Shown here: one piece after another, positions 1-9,856 of the stretch
Layout: every line of letters starts with the position of its first letter
How positions within the stretch are numbered: position 1 is the first letter of the stretch
Origin: Nitrospirota bacterium
GTDB taxonomy: Bacteria; Nitrospirota; Thermodesulfovibrionia; Thermodesulfovibrionales; UBA9159
Reading direction: 5' to 3'
Assembly: GCA_963699545.1 (NCBI GenBank)
Contig: CAVOUE010000005.1
Location: 352,001 to 416,000 of the forward strand
DNA: 64,000 nt
Notes under the pieces: generated by a model
What the model was told of the DNA's origin: nothing
Databases searched by the model: none
What the model saw: the letters and a program-made list of their open reading frames with translations, nothing else
Made by a program: the position numbers and the translations under genes

Positions 1-283
1 CGCCTCATCCGAAGTGAAGGCTCCCCCCACTCTTCTATTGATTCCGCTTACTGGAAAATTTATTTCACAGGTTATGGGGATCATAGTATTAGCCTGTGGT
101 TTTCTTGTCCCGAACAGGTTGACGCATCGTCCAGTTGTGAAGCGGGCCTTGTGTTTTGCGTTGCTCTTGAACGAGTAAAGCCAGATTCCCAAGCTCTCTA
201 TCCATGCAACTTTGGCTTCAAAATTGCCGCCTGGATAACCTATTAGGGAAATAATTGGGGACACATCCCGTTTTTCTTCTTCC

Positions 284-357
284 TGCAGACTCTCACCATT
301 ACTATCGGAAATAGTAACACTTGGAGAGATAGCTGACGTGCGAGTTATCAGGTGGAC
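284..357. repeat. ~74-bp imperfect direct repeat, copy 1 (copy 2 at 2781-2854)
   Basis: TGCAGACTCTCA-CATTACTATCGGAAATAG-AACACT--GAGAGATAGCTGACGTGCG shared by both copies. Confidence 0.9.
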
Positions 358-385
358 TTTGTGGTCGCCTTAAGTTCCTCCCACC

Positions 386-418
386 GTAGACACCAGGGGC
401 AAGCCCGTCGGTATCTAC
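386..418. repeat. GTAG-type REP-like palindrome
   Basis: GTAGACACC...GGGCAAGCCC...GGTATCTAC nested inverted repeat. Confidence 0.45.
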
Positions 419-445
419 ACATATCCACTCTTCAAAATATATTAG

Positions 446-754
446 TTAGCCACCAATTACTGCGGTGTCCTCCTTTAATGCCTGAGATATTTCACGCTGG
501 ACTATAGGGAAAGTAATTGAGTTCCAGGCGTCACCAAAATGGTTGGTAAGCATAGTTAAAGCTGTTGGGTCATTTGTCTCAATAACAAAAAAGATTTTCA
601 GGGGAGAGCTTCCTACGACTTCATATCGCATAATTGTTTTACATTTCTTATGAAAAACCTTATCCTTGCCTTTTCTTATCCACGACGCCCTTTCCCGATA
701 GATGTCTTTTCGAGTCATATTCTCTTTGGCATCAAAAATAGAGATATACCACAT
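446..754 (-). CDS. Small hypothetical protein (DUF3303/GYD-like), C-terminal IGG
   Basis: 102-aa ORF with GGAGG RBS; FFVIETNDP pattern reminiscent of DUF3303. Confidence 0.6.
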   Translation of the reverse strand: MWYISIFDAKENMTRKDIYRERASWIRKGKDKVFHKKCKTIMRYEVVGSSPLKIFFVIETNDPTALTMLTNHFGDAWNSITFPIVQREISQALKEDTAVIGG

Positions 755-831
755 ATTAGACCTCCGTTACTGGCGGGAATACTGTGATTCCCGTCAGTGG
801 TAAATGGAATCTGACCTATGATCAGCTCGCA

Positions 832-930
832 TCAGCCTCCAATGTAACCAGCTGAAACTTGCTCCTTTTCAGGCGCTTCTTCCTGTATACGAAATGAAGC
901 AGTGCTTTCGATATCGCGGGCGTACCACAC
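832..930 (-). CDS. Candidate 32-aa small protein ending in GYIGG
   Basis: Own translation: GTG start at 930, MWYARDIESTASFRIQEEAPEKEQVSAGYIGG, TGA at 832-834; weak RBS. Confidence 0.35.
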   Translation of the reverse strand: MWYARDIESTASFRIQEEAPEKEQVSAGYIGG

Positions 931-949
931 TCTCTAACCCAAAAAACTT

Positions 950-1294
950 TTACACCACACTGCCTTCGCCCCTTAAATAGCCGAGAACCTGCGGGTTCGG
1001 TTTAGGAAGCCCTGCTATCTTCCAGGCCTTGAGAGGATCAATAAACTGCGTTATTACACAATCCTTAGGCTGATGGACGTGCGAACATATTCTGTCCAGG
1101 AGCGGGAAGAAATTGTATTTCATGTAATAATCCCTCATGAATTTTATGATGTCCATCCGGTCTTTTGTCAGCTCCTCCACCTTTTCATTTTCTGCTAATC
1201 CACAGGCGACCTTCTCATTCCATTCAGCAGTATTCACGAGATAACCTTCATCATCGACGGTTATCTTCAGCGCTCCATGTTCGATTACAGGCAT
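950..1294 (-). CDS. TusE/DsrC family protein lacking the C-terminal cysteines
   Basis: DDEGYL..W, IIKFMRDYY and AWKIAGLPKP motifs of DsrC/TusE. Confidence 0.85.
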   Translation of the reverse strand: MPVIEHGALKITVDDEGYLVNTAEWNEKVACGLAENEKVEELTKDRMDIIKFMRDYYMKYNFFPLLDRICSHVHQPKDCVITQFIDPLKAWKIAGLPKPNPQVLGYLRGEGSVV

Positions 1295-1406
1295 CTGAAA
1301 CTCCTTCCTCAGTTAAACTGCCATTTTTCTTTGACCTAAACGTCGCAACAAAGTGCTCTCGAATACAACGATCAGGTTACGTTTTAAGTCCCTACGCCAT
1401 GATTTG

Positions 1407-1434
1407 ATGCTATCACACCTGCAATAAATGTCAA
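1407..1434 (-). promoter_or_regulatory. Sigma70-like promoter for the DsrC-like operon
   Basis: TTGACA-16 nt-TAGCAT with extended TG on the minus strand. Confidence 0.5.
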
Positions 1435-1696
1435 CATTCAAGAATAAATGGTCCGTGTGCTTCAGCCTTTTAGCAAAACCTTTGCAGAATCCCCCTTGCC
1501 ACGGGGAGTTTCACCAAGATATTCGCTGAGAGCGGAAAAGACCAGGGACACATCCCAGTTTCGGCTTGCAGGTTCAGGAAAATATTAGGGACACATCCCG
1601 TTATTTAACGCATCCCAAGGATTGACAGCACTCTTTGTTATATCCTTCTTTTCGCGCGCAGAGAACAATTTTGCTGTCATCATTTCCACCACATAT

Positions 1697-2380
1697 TTAC
1701 TTAAACCCCAACCTTTGTGGAGGAAAATCGATTACCTCGCATGAAGATCTCAGTCCTTTCTGCGTCTTCTTGCTGAGCTTCAGTGATCTTATAACCGACT
1801 CCAACCGATCAGTATCGAGCTGCCGGGCAATGGCGGCACATTGCTCAAGGTCCTTATCTTTCTTGCTCTCGCCCAGCCTTCTCTGGGCCGTAATCAATTT
1901 ATGGACGAAGAAGGCTTCAGGTAGTGGCGCCCTTACCTTGAAGTTTCCAAAATCTGCTGTGAACGGGAAGCTGAGGAGAAGATCAACAAAAGGAAGGGGT
2001 GATGCCGTGATGTTCCATTTTCTTACTGGTACAACCTGCTCATCCCGCCCACCTTTACGATGTGCAACGAACTCAACAGTGAAATTTTCGTGAGTAAACC
2101 GACGGATGCCTGACTGCATGACAACAGGAATATAGCCGAGATCAGTGATGACCTTTTCGAGGTCAACTTTCTTTGCTCCGCCTAAGGGGGCAAATTTGAC
2201 CGCAAAATCTATGTCCAGCGTGCGTAAGACATAAGGGATGCCAAAAGCTTCCTGATACAGGGGCATCACCCAGCTTCCAATCAGAAGGGATTCATTGAAG
2301 AATCCTACCAAAGAAAATGCGCTCAAAAGTTCTCGGACTTCTGACGGGAAAATGTTCTTATTCGTGAGCGATACTTCCAT
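1697..2380 (-). CDS. GSU2403-family / AbiEii-like nucleotidyltransferase-fold protein (putative toxin)
   Basis: LIGSW..., LRTLDIDF, P.PEAFFVHKL, KKDKDL motifs. Confidence 0.8.
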   Translation of the reverse strand: MEVSLTNKNIFPSEVRELLSAFSLVGFFNESLLIGSWVMPLYQEAFGIPYVLRTLDIDFAVKFAPLGGAKKVDLEKVITDLGYIPVVMQSGIRRFTHENFTVEFVAHRKGGRDEQVVPVRKWNITASPLPFVDLLLSFPFTADFGNFKVRAPLPEAFFVHKLITAQRRLGESKKDKDLEQCAAIARQLDTDRLESVIRSLKLSKKTQKGLRSSCEVIDFPPQRLGFK

Positions 2381-2720
2381 GTCCCCTTCTTCTGCCTGCT
2401 TGCAGTATCTTATTCAGATAGGCAATTTTCTTTTCGTAGGACTGCATTTCCTTCTCATATTTTTTCCTCATGGCAAGCTTTTCTAAAATCTCCTGCATCT
2501 CCTTATTAGGTATATGCTTGCCGATAACTTTCTCCCCTTCACGATACTTCAGGTAATAGTAAGAATACACCTTATCCTTGTAGCGCTTTTTCCTCTCGCT
2601 TATCACACCTTTCGGAAGTTTAGATACGGACTTCTCAAGTCTGTCAAACATCTCCTGACAACGCTTGAGTTCATCGCGAAGCATCCCGCTTATGACCTTA
2701 TCTTTTTCCACCACTTTCAT
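2358..2720 (-). CDS. Small basic DNA-binding protein, putative antitoxin partner
   Basis: LPKGVI..RKK..YYYLKYREGEKV pattern; overlaps the NTase gene by 23 bp. Confidence 0.65.
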   Translation of the reverse strand: MKVVEKDKVISGMLRDELKRCQEMFDRLEKSVSKLPKGVISERKKRYKDKVYSYYYLKYREGEKVIGKHIPNKEMQEILEKLAMRKKYEKEMQSYEKKIAYLNKILQAGRRRGHGSIAHE

Positions 2721-2780
2721 GCCCTTATTATGCTTTGTGTGGTGGAAAAAAGCAATGCCCTTGATCCGACTGAATACCTT

Positions 2781-2854
2781 TGCAGACTCTCAACATTACT
2801 ATCGGAAATAGAAACACTCAGAGAGATAGCTGACGTGCGGAGTCTCAGGTGCAC
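2781..2854. repeat. ~74-bp imperfect direct repeat, copy 2
   Basis: Matches 284-357. Confidence 0.9.
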
Positions 2855-2923
2855 ACCACAGGCAAATGGGTTTCTTATGATTTATCTCATACCACACCGC
2901 GAATAATCTGATACAATAAAAGT

Positions 2924-3166
2924 ATGCTTAAGGAAGGATGTCCGGGAAGCAAAGAGATCAGGAACCCGTTCCCTGAAGAGATCGAGTGCTTTTGGTGCGG
3001 CGCCGTCAACGAGATATGGTCTGACGAAACCGAAAGAGCCTGCAAAGGCTGCGGCAAGACAATCTCCAGGGATATCGGGGTGACCTGCCTTCAGTGGTGC
3101 CCGGCGGCGCGGGAGTGCGTAGGCGCTGAAAAGTACGAACGCCTTATGAAGGCGGTGCACAAATAG
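2924..3166 (+). CDS. Cys-rich zinc-ribbon small protein
   Basis: CPGS, CxxC, CxxC, CxxWC motifs; TGaTACAAT 6 nt before ATG. Confidence 0.8.
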   Translation: MLKEGCPGSKEIRNPFPEEIECFWCGAVNEIWSDETERACKGCGKTISRDIGVTCLQWCPAARECVGAEKYERLMKAVHK

Positions 3167-3224
3167 CAGCCCGTTGTCTTCCTGAGGGGAGGAAGGCGTC
3201 GGCCTTGTGCAGAGGGGACAGACC

Positions 3225-4027
3225 GTGAGGAGAAAGGCAGCGGTTGCAGGGCAGTTTTACCATGACTCTTCTGCCCGGCTCAGCCATCAGGTCCAGCAGT
3301 ACATCACCCATGGTCTGCCCAGGGAACCGCCATCGGGATCCTTTCCCCGCACGCAGGCCTGATCTATTCCGGTGCGGTTGCCGGTGAGGTCTATTCAAGG
3401 ATATCGTTGCCGGGAACCCTCCTGCTGATCGGTCCCAACCATACCGGCCTCGGGGCGCGGATGGCCCTGATGTCCGAGGGCGAATGGGAAATTCCGACAG
3501 GTCTCTTTTCGATCGACGAAAGGCTCGCGCAGAGGATCCTCTCCAGCGCGCCGCTGGTCTCAAGCGACTCCCAGGCCCATATCTTTGAACATTCCCTTGA
3601 GGTCCAGCTTCCCTTTATCGCTGCGTTCTCAAAAGGCTCCAGGATCGTGCCGCTGACCGTCATGTCGGCCACGCTGGAAGAATGCATGTCCCTTGGCGAG
3701 GGCATCGCGAAGGCGATCAGGGGCCTGGATTACCCCGTATTGATGGTGGCGAGCTCCGACATGAGCCATTATGTCCCCGATGCCGTTGCGCGAAAGAAGG
3801 ACAAGATGGCGATTGACAGGGTCCTTTCCCTTGACCCCAAAGGGCTGTTCGAAACCGTGCGGAAGGAACAGATATCGATGTGCGGGTATTTGCCCGCCGT
3901 CATAATGCTCTTTGCCGCAAAATCCCTTGACGCGAGGGACGCGAGACTCATAAAATACGCAACGTCAGGGGACGTGAGCGGCGATTATGATGCTGTCGTC
4001 GGTTACGCGGGGATTATCATATCGTAG
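3225..4027 (+). CDS. amrB: AmmeMemoRadiSam protein B (MEMO1 family); N-terminal indels probably assembly errors
   Basis: RKAAVAGQFY start at 3225; GPNHTG, EHSLEVQLPF, SSDMSHY, SMCG, VVGYAG motifs. Confidence 0.9.
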
Positions 4028-4142
4028 GGGTCAAGGGTCGAGTGGTTCTTCGATCCTGTTAACACGTTGCCGTTCTGTTGTTTTCTCTTGAACCCTTAAA
4101 TCCTCTTCACCCTGAACCCCTTTTTCTTGTTGCACTTTCTCC

Positions 4143-4172
4143 TTGCCCAAATACCATGATTTCTGGTATAAC
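4143..4172 (+). promoter_or_regulatory. Promoter upstream of 6S RNA
   Basis: TTGCCC-18 nt-TATAAC with extended TG. Confidence 0.5.
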
Positions 4173-4200
4173 AAAAGTAGGTTTAGATTGAGGGCAGTTT

Positions 4201-4380
4201 GCCTGCCCTGTTTGTGATGGGTGAAAAAAGTTGATCCGGCAAATTAGATCTTTTGGGAGTCAGAGTAAGGGGTACGGTGCGCATGCCGGGCATTCATTTG
4301 CCTGGAAGCCTGAAGTCTCCTTCAAGACACCCACCTATACACTAGGCGGATCTGATTATTCACCTGCACGGCAGGGCGGG
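4201..4380 (+). ncRNA. ssrS: 6S RNA
   Basis: ~180-nt non-coding segment; ends pair (CCTGCCCTG..TGTG/CACGGCAGGGCGGG, GGTGAA/TTCACC, GATCCG/CGGATC); conserved position upstream of rny. Confidence 0.8.
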
Positions 4381-4626
4381 TTTATTTTGCGGGTTCTTTT
4401 GATCGCGTTGCTTTTTGTGAGGAATTTAAATAAAAAAATAGAGGAATCTGGCACATTGCCTCCCTTCATGAACGCTGACACCGCTTCAGGCAGCCGGAAA
4501 GACCGCATTGTCCCGGAAGATTCCTTTAGGCTACAGAGTCGTATATCTCTCTTGCCATCCTTGCAATAGCATAACAGACACAGTAAGCCCGCACTGCCCT
4601 CATCGGCACTATACTACGAAAGGGGG

Positions 4627-6198
4627 ATGTGTGCGATGATCGACGTGTGGTACCTGCTCATTGCTGTCATCACCGGCATTTCAGTTGGCGTACTCCTCAG
4701 CCTTCTCTACAAACGCTCCATCAAGACCCAGCAGTCGGCCCTGAAGCAGGAAAAAGAGAATATTGTCGCAGAGGCAAAAAAGACGGCGGATGTCATCAGG
4801 AAGGAAGCCGCTGTCGAAGCCAAAGACCTCGTATACCAGGCAAAGTCGGAAGCGGAAAAGGAGCTCAGGGAGAGGCGCAATGAAGTGAACCAGCTGGACA
4901 AGAGGCTCAGGCAGAAAGAAGAGACCCTGGAGAGGAGGGTCAGCCAGTCGGAAAAAAGAGAGCACGAACTCAACAAGAGGGAGAAGGAATATAACGCAAA
5001 GGAGCGCGGACTTCAGGACAAGGAAAACCAGTACGCCCAGATCATCAAGGACCAGATGGCGGCCCTCGAAAGGGTTTCCGGCCTGACCGCGGATGAGGCG
5101 AGGCAGGAACTCGTCAGGAGAGTGGAAGAAGAGATGCGCTTCGAGTCCTCAAAGATCGCCAAGAGGATAGAGGATGAGGCGCGTGAAGGCGCCGAGAAGA
5201 AGGCCAAGGAGATCGTGAGCCTCGCGATCCAGCGGTATGCCAGCGACTATGTCGCTGACGGGACGGTAACAGCGGTGAGCCTCCCCAACGACGAGATGAA
5301 AGGGAGGATCATAGGAAGGGAGGGGAGGAACATCCGTGCCCTGGAGGCTGCCACAGGGGTCGACCTCATCGTGGACGATACTCCTGAACTCGTCACCCTT
5401 TCCGGCTTTGACCCTGTGAGGAGGGAAATAGCCCGTATGTCGCTGGAAAGGCTGATCGCCGACGGAAGGATACATCCGACCAGAATAGAAGAGATTGTTG
5501 AGAAGATCAAAAAGGAAGTGGATGCCACCATCAAAGAGGAAGGCGAAAAAGCGGTCTTCGACCTTGGTCTTTCGGGCATACACCCGGAGATCATAAGGCT
5601 GATGGGGCGGCTTAAGTACCGGACGTCTTATGGGCAGAACATGCTCCAGCACTCAAGGGAAGTGGCATATCTCGCAGGGATGATGGCGTCGGAACTCGGT
5701 GTTGATGTGAAACTCGCAAAGAGAGGGGGGCTCCTCCACGATATCGGCAAGGCGGTTGACCACGAGATTGAAGGCTCCCATCAGGAGATAGGCTCAAACA
5801 TCGCCAAGAAGCACGGAGAGAACCCCAAGGTGGTTAATGCAATCTATGCGCATCACGGCGATGTGGAGCCGACAACCGTGGAAGCCGCCCTTGTTGCGGC
5901 GGCAGACGCCCTTTCGGCGGCACGGCCGGGAGTGAGAAGGGAGAGCATCGAAAACTATCTGAAGCGTCTTGAAAAGCTGGAACAGATGGCGATGTCGTAC
6001 AACGGCGTCGAGAAATGCTATGCCATACAGGCCGGGCGAGAAGTGAGGATTATCGTGAAACCTGAGGACATCACTGACGAGATGGCGTCCATGCTCTCCC
6101 GGGACCTCTCAAAGAAAATTGAAGCCGAGCTGACCTATCCAGGCCAGATCAAGGTCACTGTCATCAGAGAATCGAGATACGTGGAGTATGCAAAGTGA
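4627..6198 (+). CDS. rny: Ribonuclease Y
   Basis: N-terminal TM, coiled coil, KH ([12 protein letters not shown]), HD (LLHDIGK). Confidence 0.97.
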   Translation: MCAMIDVWYLLIAVITGISVGVLLSLLYKRSIKTQQSALKQEKENIVAEAKKTADVIRKEAAVEAKDLVYQAKSEAEKELRERRNEVNQLDKRLRQKEETLERRVSQSEKREHELNKREKEYNAKERGLQDKENQYAQIIKDQMAALERVSGLTADEARQELVRRVEEEMRFESSKIAKRIEDEAREGAEKKAKEIVSLAIQRYASDYVADGTVTAVSLPNDEMKGRIIGREGRNIRALEAATGVDLIVDDTPELVTLSGFDPVRREIARMSLERLIADGRIHPTRIEEIVEKIKKEVDATIKEEGEKAVFDLGLSGIHPEIIRLMGRLKYRTSYGQNMLQHSREVAYLAGMMASELGVDVKLAKRGGLLHDIGKAVDHEIEGSHQEIGSNIAKKHGENPKVVNAIYAHHGDVEPTTVEAALVAAADALSAARPGVRRESIENYLKRLEKLEQMAMSYNGVEKCYAIQAGREVRIIVKPEDITDEMASMLSRDLSKKIEAELTYPGQIKVTVIRESRYVEYAK

Positions 6199-6276
6199 GA
6201 CGATGGGCTATAGGCTGTTGGCGATGAATCGGGAAGGAGCTATGGCCTATGACCTCTTGCCTGGTGCCTCCGCGTT

Positions 6277-7059
6277 ATGAAGGTCCTTTTCATCGGGGAT
6301 ATCGTCGGCACAGTGGGGAGAGGGACTATCAAGGCCCTTCTCCCGGCGCTCCGTGACCGGTACAAGATCGATCTCGTTGTGGCGAACGGCGAGAATGCGG
6401 CAGGGGGCTTCGGGATAACGGAGAAAGTGGCCACAGAGATCTTCGGCCTTGGCGTCAATGTCATGACCAGCGGAAACCATATCTGGGATAAGAAAGAATC
6501 CGTCCCTTATATAGCCAAGGAGAACCGGATCATCAGGCCGGTGAACTATCCTCCGGGTGTTCCCGGCTTTGGCAGTGTTGTCGTCACCCTTCCCTCCGGG
6601 GCGAAGATCGGTATCGTCAATATATCGGGAAGGGTCTTCATGTCAAGCATTGATTGTCCTTTCAGGGTAGGGAAGGCCGAGATCGAGCGGGTACAGAAAG
6701 AGACGCAATGCATCATCGTGGATTTCCATGCCGAGGCCACGTCGGAGAAGATCGCCTTTGGTTATTTCATAGACGGTAAGGTGAGCGCGGTCGTGGGCAC
6801 GCACACCCACGTTCAGACGGCTGACGAAAAGATCCTGCCCGGCGGCACAGCGTATATCACTGACGTAGGTATGACCGGCCCGGAAATCTCGGTCATCGGA
6901 ATAGAGAAGGAACAGATCATCGAACGTTTTCTTCTCCAGATGCCGAGAAAGTTCGAGACGGCAAGGGGCAACGGAATGCTCTCAGCCGTGGTGATAGAGA
7001 TCGATGCCAAGTCCGGGAAGTCAACCGCCATTCAGAGATTGCAGCTGACATACCCGTAA
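6277..7059 (+). CDS. ymdB: YmdB-like metallophosphoesterase (TIGR00282)
   Basis: GDIVG, NGEN, GNH, DFHAEATSEK, GTHTHV; follows rny. Confidence 0.95.
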   Translation: MKVLFIGDIVGTVGRGTIKALLPALRDRYKIDLVVANGENAAGGFGITEKVATEIFGLGVNVMTSGNHIWDKKESVPYIAKENRIIRPVNYPPGVPGFGSVVVTLPSGAKIGIVNISGRVFMSSIDCPFRVGKAEIERVQKETQCIIVDFHAEATSEKIAFGYFIDGKVSAVVGTHTHVQTADEKILPGGTAYITDVGMTGPEISVIGIEKEQIIERFLLQMPRKFETARGNGMLSAVVIEIDAKSGKSTAIQRLQLTYP

Positions 7060-7096
7060 GGGGTTGACAGGAACACGTTCCAAGGGGGTAGCGGTA

Positions 7097-7519
7097 ATGA
7101 TGGAAGCGAAGGTTAAGTACGTCGACGGGATGCAATTTGTAGGCGAGGCCTCATCAGGCCATGCTGTTGTGATGGACGGTGATGCAAAGTTCGGAGGCGC
7201 GAACACGGCGGTCAGACCGACAGAACTCCTCCTCATCGGCCTTGGCGGCTGTTCCGGCATGGACGTGGTCTCCGTCCTTAAGAAGAAAAAACAGGATGTC
7301 AGGGGACTGGAAATCAATATAAAAGGCCAGAAGGCTGAAACCTACCCCCAGAAGTTCACTCACATCGACATAGAATTCGTTGTGAGGGGCCGCAATGTTT
7401 CGGAAGAGGCGGTGAAGCGGGCGATTGACCTCTCCATGGAAAAATACTGTTCGGTGAAGGCAACCCTGGAAGGGTGCGCAGAGATAACCTTTCGCTACAG
7501 GATAACAGAGGAAGAGTAG
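7097..7519 (+). CDS. OsmC family protein
   Basis: RPTELLL.GLGGCSG and KYCSV motifs. Confidence 0.9.
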   Translation: MMEAKVKYVDGMQFVGEASSGHAVVMDGDAKFGGANTAVRPTELLLIGLGGCSGMDVVSVLKKKKQDVRGLEINIKGQKAETYPQKFTHIDIEFVVRGRNVSEEAVKRAIDLSMEKYCSVKATLEGCAEITFRYRITEEE

Positions 7520-7568
7520 CTTCCTCTGTTATTCCCTTCGGCTGCCCTCGATACCGGGTTGCAGTCTG

Positions 7569-8646
7569 TTATCTGCGCGAGCTCCCGAAAGACCCAGTGC
7601 CGCCTCCGCTGAACGTCCTCCCCCCACCCAGCGACGAGCCGAACGATCTGCTCACCGCAGCAGACGGGTTGAACGTTCTTCCGCCAGAGGACGAAGCAAC
7701 AAATGTCCGCTGCTGCACGGAATGACCGCTGAACACCCTGTTTTCAGAACGGTAACCAGCCCCTCTCCCAACAGACGGCGTACTGAATGATCTGCCACCT
7801 CCGGAAAAAGGAGCGGCAGTGCCGCGAATATTGGTTTGTGAACCGGTTACGCTGCTGCCAGTGGCTGGAGCGGACATCCCGCTCCTCCTCGCCGCTGCAG
7901 GGCTGCCGGCGTTGAGAATCGCCTGAGCTCCGCTCTGCGCGGAAGGGCTGGCCCAACCTCTGCCTCCACTGTCACGCAACGTTCCTCCGTGAACTCGGCT
8001 CGCAGGGTCAATGCGGGACATCCTGCCTGTGGAATCTCGGAAATGGTTGGAAACAATTTCCCTGTGCCCGAAATGTTCCCCGTCATGATGGTGCCCGTGC
8101 CTATTCACGTGCACATCGAAGTCTGCGAGGACAAAGAATCCCGGGAACCAGGCATTCCACCACCAGAACGGATAAGGTACCCACGTGTACAGGTAATAAT
8201 AATCCGCAGGCGGTGCATAGTAGGTGACTACCGGCGGACCCTCAGCAGAGTAATACCCGTTTATCGCAGCCGGGTCAGGATATTGCTCATGAGCGGCCAT
8301 ATCTTGAACAGGCTGACCGGGTGTATGGGCCAGTACAGACAGGTTAAGCTCGCTCGTCACATTCTGGAAAACTTCCAAGGCCTCGCCTCTTCCCATGGTT
8401 ATCCGCCCAGAATCAGCAGCTTCACCAATGGCCTGCCGCCCCAAGGAGACTCTCTGCCTCGGTCTCGTTTGCAGTGGTCCCCACATCGAACGCCTCAGCC
8501 AGTCTTATCGCCAAGGTACCTTCACGTACTAAGGGCTGTGAAATCGGAGGATTTTCGCTCGTTGTCCCGGCCTGCGCACTCATCAAAGCGGGAGTGAAGA
8601 GCAAGCTGCCCAAGACAGCAACAACCAAAAAAAGTGTGCTTTTCAT
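7569..8646 (-). CDS. Secreted protein with Pro/Tyr/Trp-rich core and Gly/Ser/Arg-rich tail (split by an indel near 8.43 kb)
   Basis: Signal peptide MKSTLFLVV...; continues into the 7569-8486 frame. Confidence 0.65.
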
Positions 8647-8933
8647 AGTCGCCACCTCTTTTCAACACACTCATCTGCACTTTTGACCTCCTATACTTAG
8701 CATAGAACGAGTTATTCATATAAGCAACTCTATAACTCTCTGGAAGACCGTGGGTAATGGCGGTTTTTGGATGTTAACAATCGAAATTGCCACGTTTTAT
8801 CGCTTGTCCAATTCTCCCTCCTGGTAGCTCCTTTTATCTCATTCGACCAAGCCTCTCTCCCTCACGATTTCCCGCACTTTTTTTCTCTATGAATGAGGGG
8901 ACAACCGGACATTTTTTATGATAATCTACCTTA

Positions 8934-9386
8934 ATGCTGATCCGGATGATTCTTAAGAACCTTGCCACTCTCGGCTTCATAGGCTATCTGCCTTTTGCGC
9001 CGGGGACCTTCGGCACCGTGGCCGCAGTGGTCCTCTTTGCCCTTCTGAAACCTCCGTTCCCTCTGCACGTAGTCCTCGTGCTTGTGATTACCATGGTCGG
9101 GCTGGTTGCCGCGGAAACAGCGGAGAAGATATTGAACGAGAAGGACAGCAGCCATATCGTGATCGATGAACTGGCCGGGTATGCCGTGGCTGTTCTTCAC
9201 GTCCCTTTTACCCTTCCTTACTTGATTATGGCCTTTCTTTTATTCAGATTTTTCGATATACTAAAGCCGCCGCCTATACGATGGATTGAGAAGGTCTTTC
9301 CCGGAGGAGCAGGCGTCATGGCGGACGACCTTATGGCGGGACTTTACGTGAACGTATTATTACAGGTATGGAAAGTTCTTGGATAG
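8934..9386 (+). CDS. pgpA: Phosphatidylglycerophosphatase A
   Basis: APGTFGT, IVIDELAG, FRFFDILKP, VMADD. Confidence 0.95.
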   Translation: MLIRMILKNLATLGFIGYLPFAPGTFGTVAAVVLFALLKPPFPLHVVLVLVITMVGLVAAETAEKILNEKDSSHIVIDELAGYAVAVLHVPFTLPYLIMAFLLFRFFDILKPPPIRWIEKVFPGGAGVMADDLMAGLYVNVLLQVWKVLG

Positions 9387-9856
9387 AGCCGGTCGAAAGA
9401 ATTCATACGCACTTCAAGGCCTCCTGGAAGAGGCTCTGTGTCGCCGAGTCCTGCACGGGAGGTCTTGTCAGTCATCTTATCACCAGTCTTCCCGGCGCAT
9501 CCCTTTTCTTTGATTCCGCCGTTGTGTCCTACTCCAACGACGCCAAAATAAGACTTCTTGGGGTCAAGAGGTCTCTCATCAGAAAGCACGGCGCAGTGAG
9601 CGAAGAGGTGGCTCAGGCGATGGCGGTTGGCATAAGGGGTAAGAGGGGATCTGACTTCGCCCTGGCAACTACAGGGAATCTCGGTCCCGTACCCATGGAA
9701 GGCAAACAGGTAGGCTTGGTGTATATGGCGGTGGACTTTGAAAAAGAGACCGTGTCAAGGGGAATGATATTTGAAGGGGACAGGGAAGAGATAAAACTTC
9801 AGGCCGCGCTGTCTTCTCTTCGGTTTCTCGCCGAGGTCGTCGAGACCTGGATATGA
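9368..9856 (+). CDS. pncC: CinA C-terminal domain / NMN deamidase
   Basis: AESCTGG, GAVSEE motifs. Confidence 0.88.
   Translation: MESSWIEPVERIHTHFKASWKRLCVAESCTGGLVSHLITSLPGASLFFDSAVVSYSNDAKIRLLGVKRSLIRKHGAVSEEVAQAMAVGIRGKRGSDFALATTGNLGPVPMEGKQVGLVYMAVDFEKETVSRGMIFEGDREEIKLQAALSSLRFLAEVVETWI

Noticed and set aside
1-246. Open frames at the window start
   Set aside because: Two + frames are open but neither resembles a recognisable family; truncated, so no call is supportable
1486-1513. CCCC-TTGCCAC-GGGGAGTTTCAC resembling an IS200/IS605 end
   Set aside because: Too short, and no tnpA/tnpB nearby
284-2854. 74-bp repeats as integron attC sites or CRISPR repeats
   Set aside because: No conserved RYYYAAC/GTTRRRY ends, only two copies 2.5 kb apart, no regular spacers, no cas genes
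4231-4569. 112-aa ORF upstream of rny
   Set aside because: Overlaps the 6S RNA structure and has no protein-like motifs
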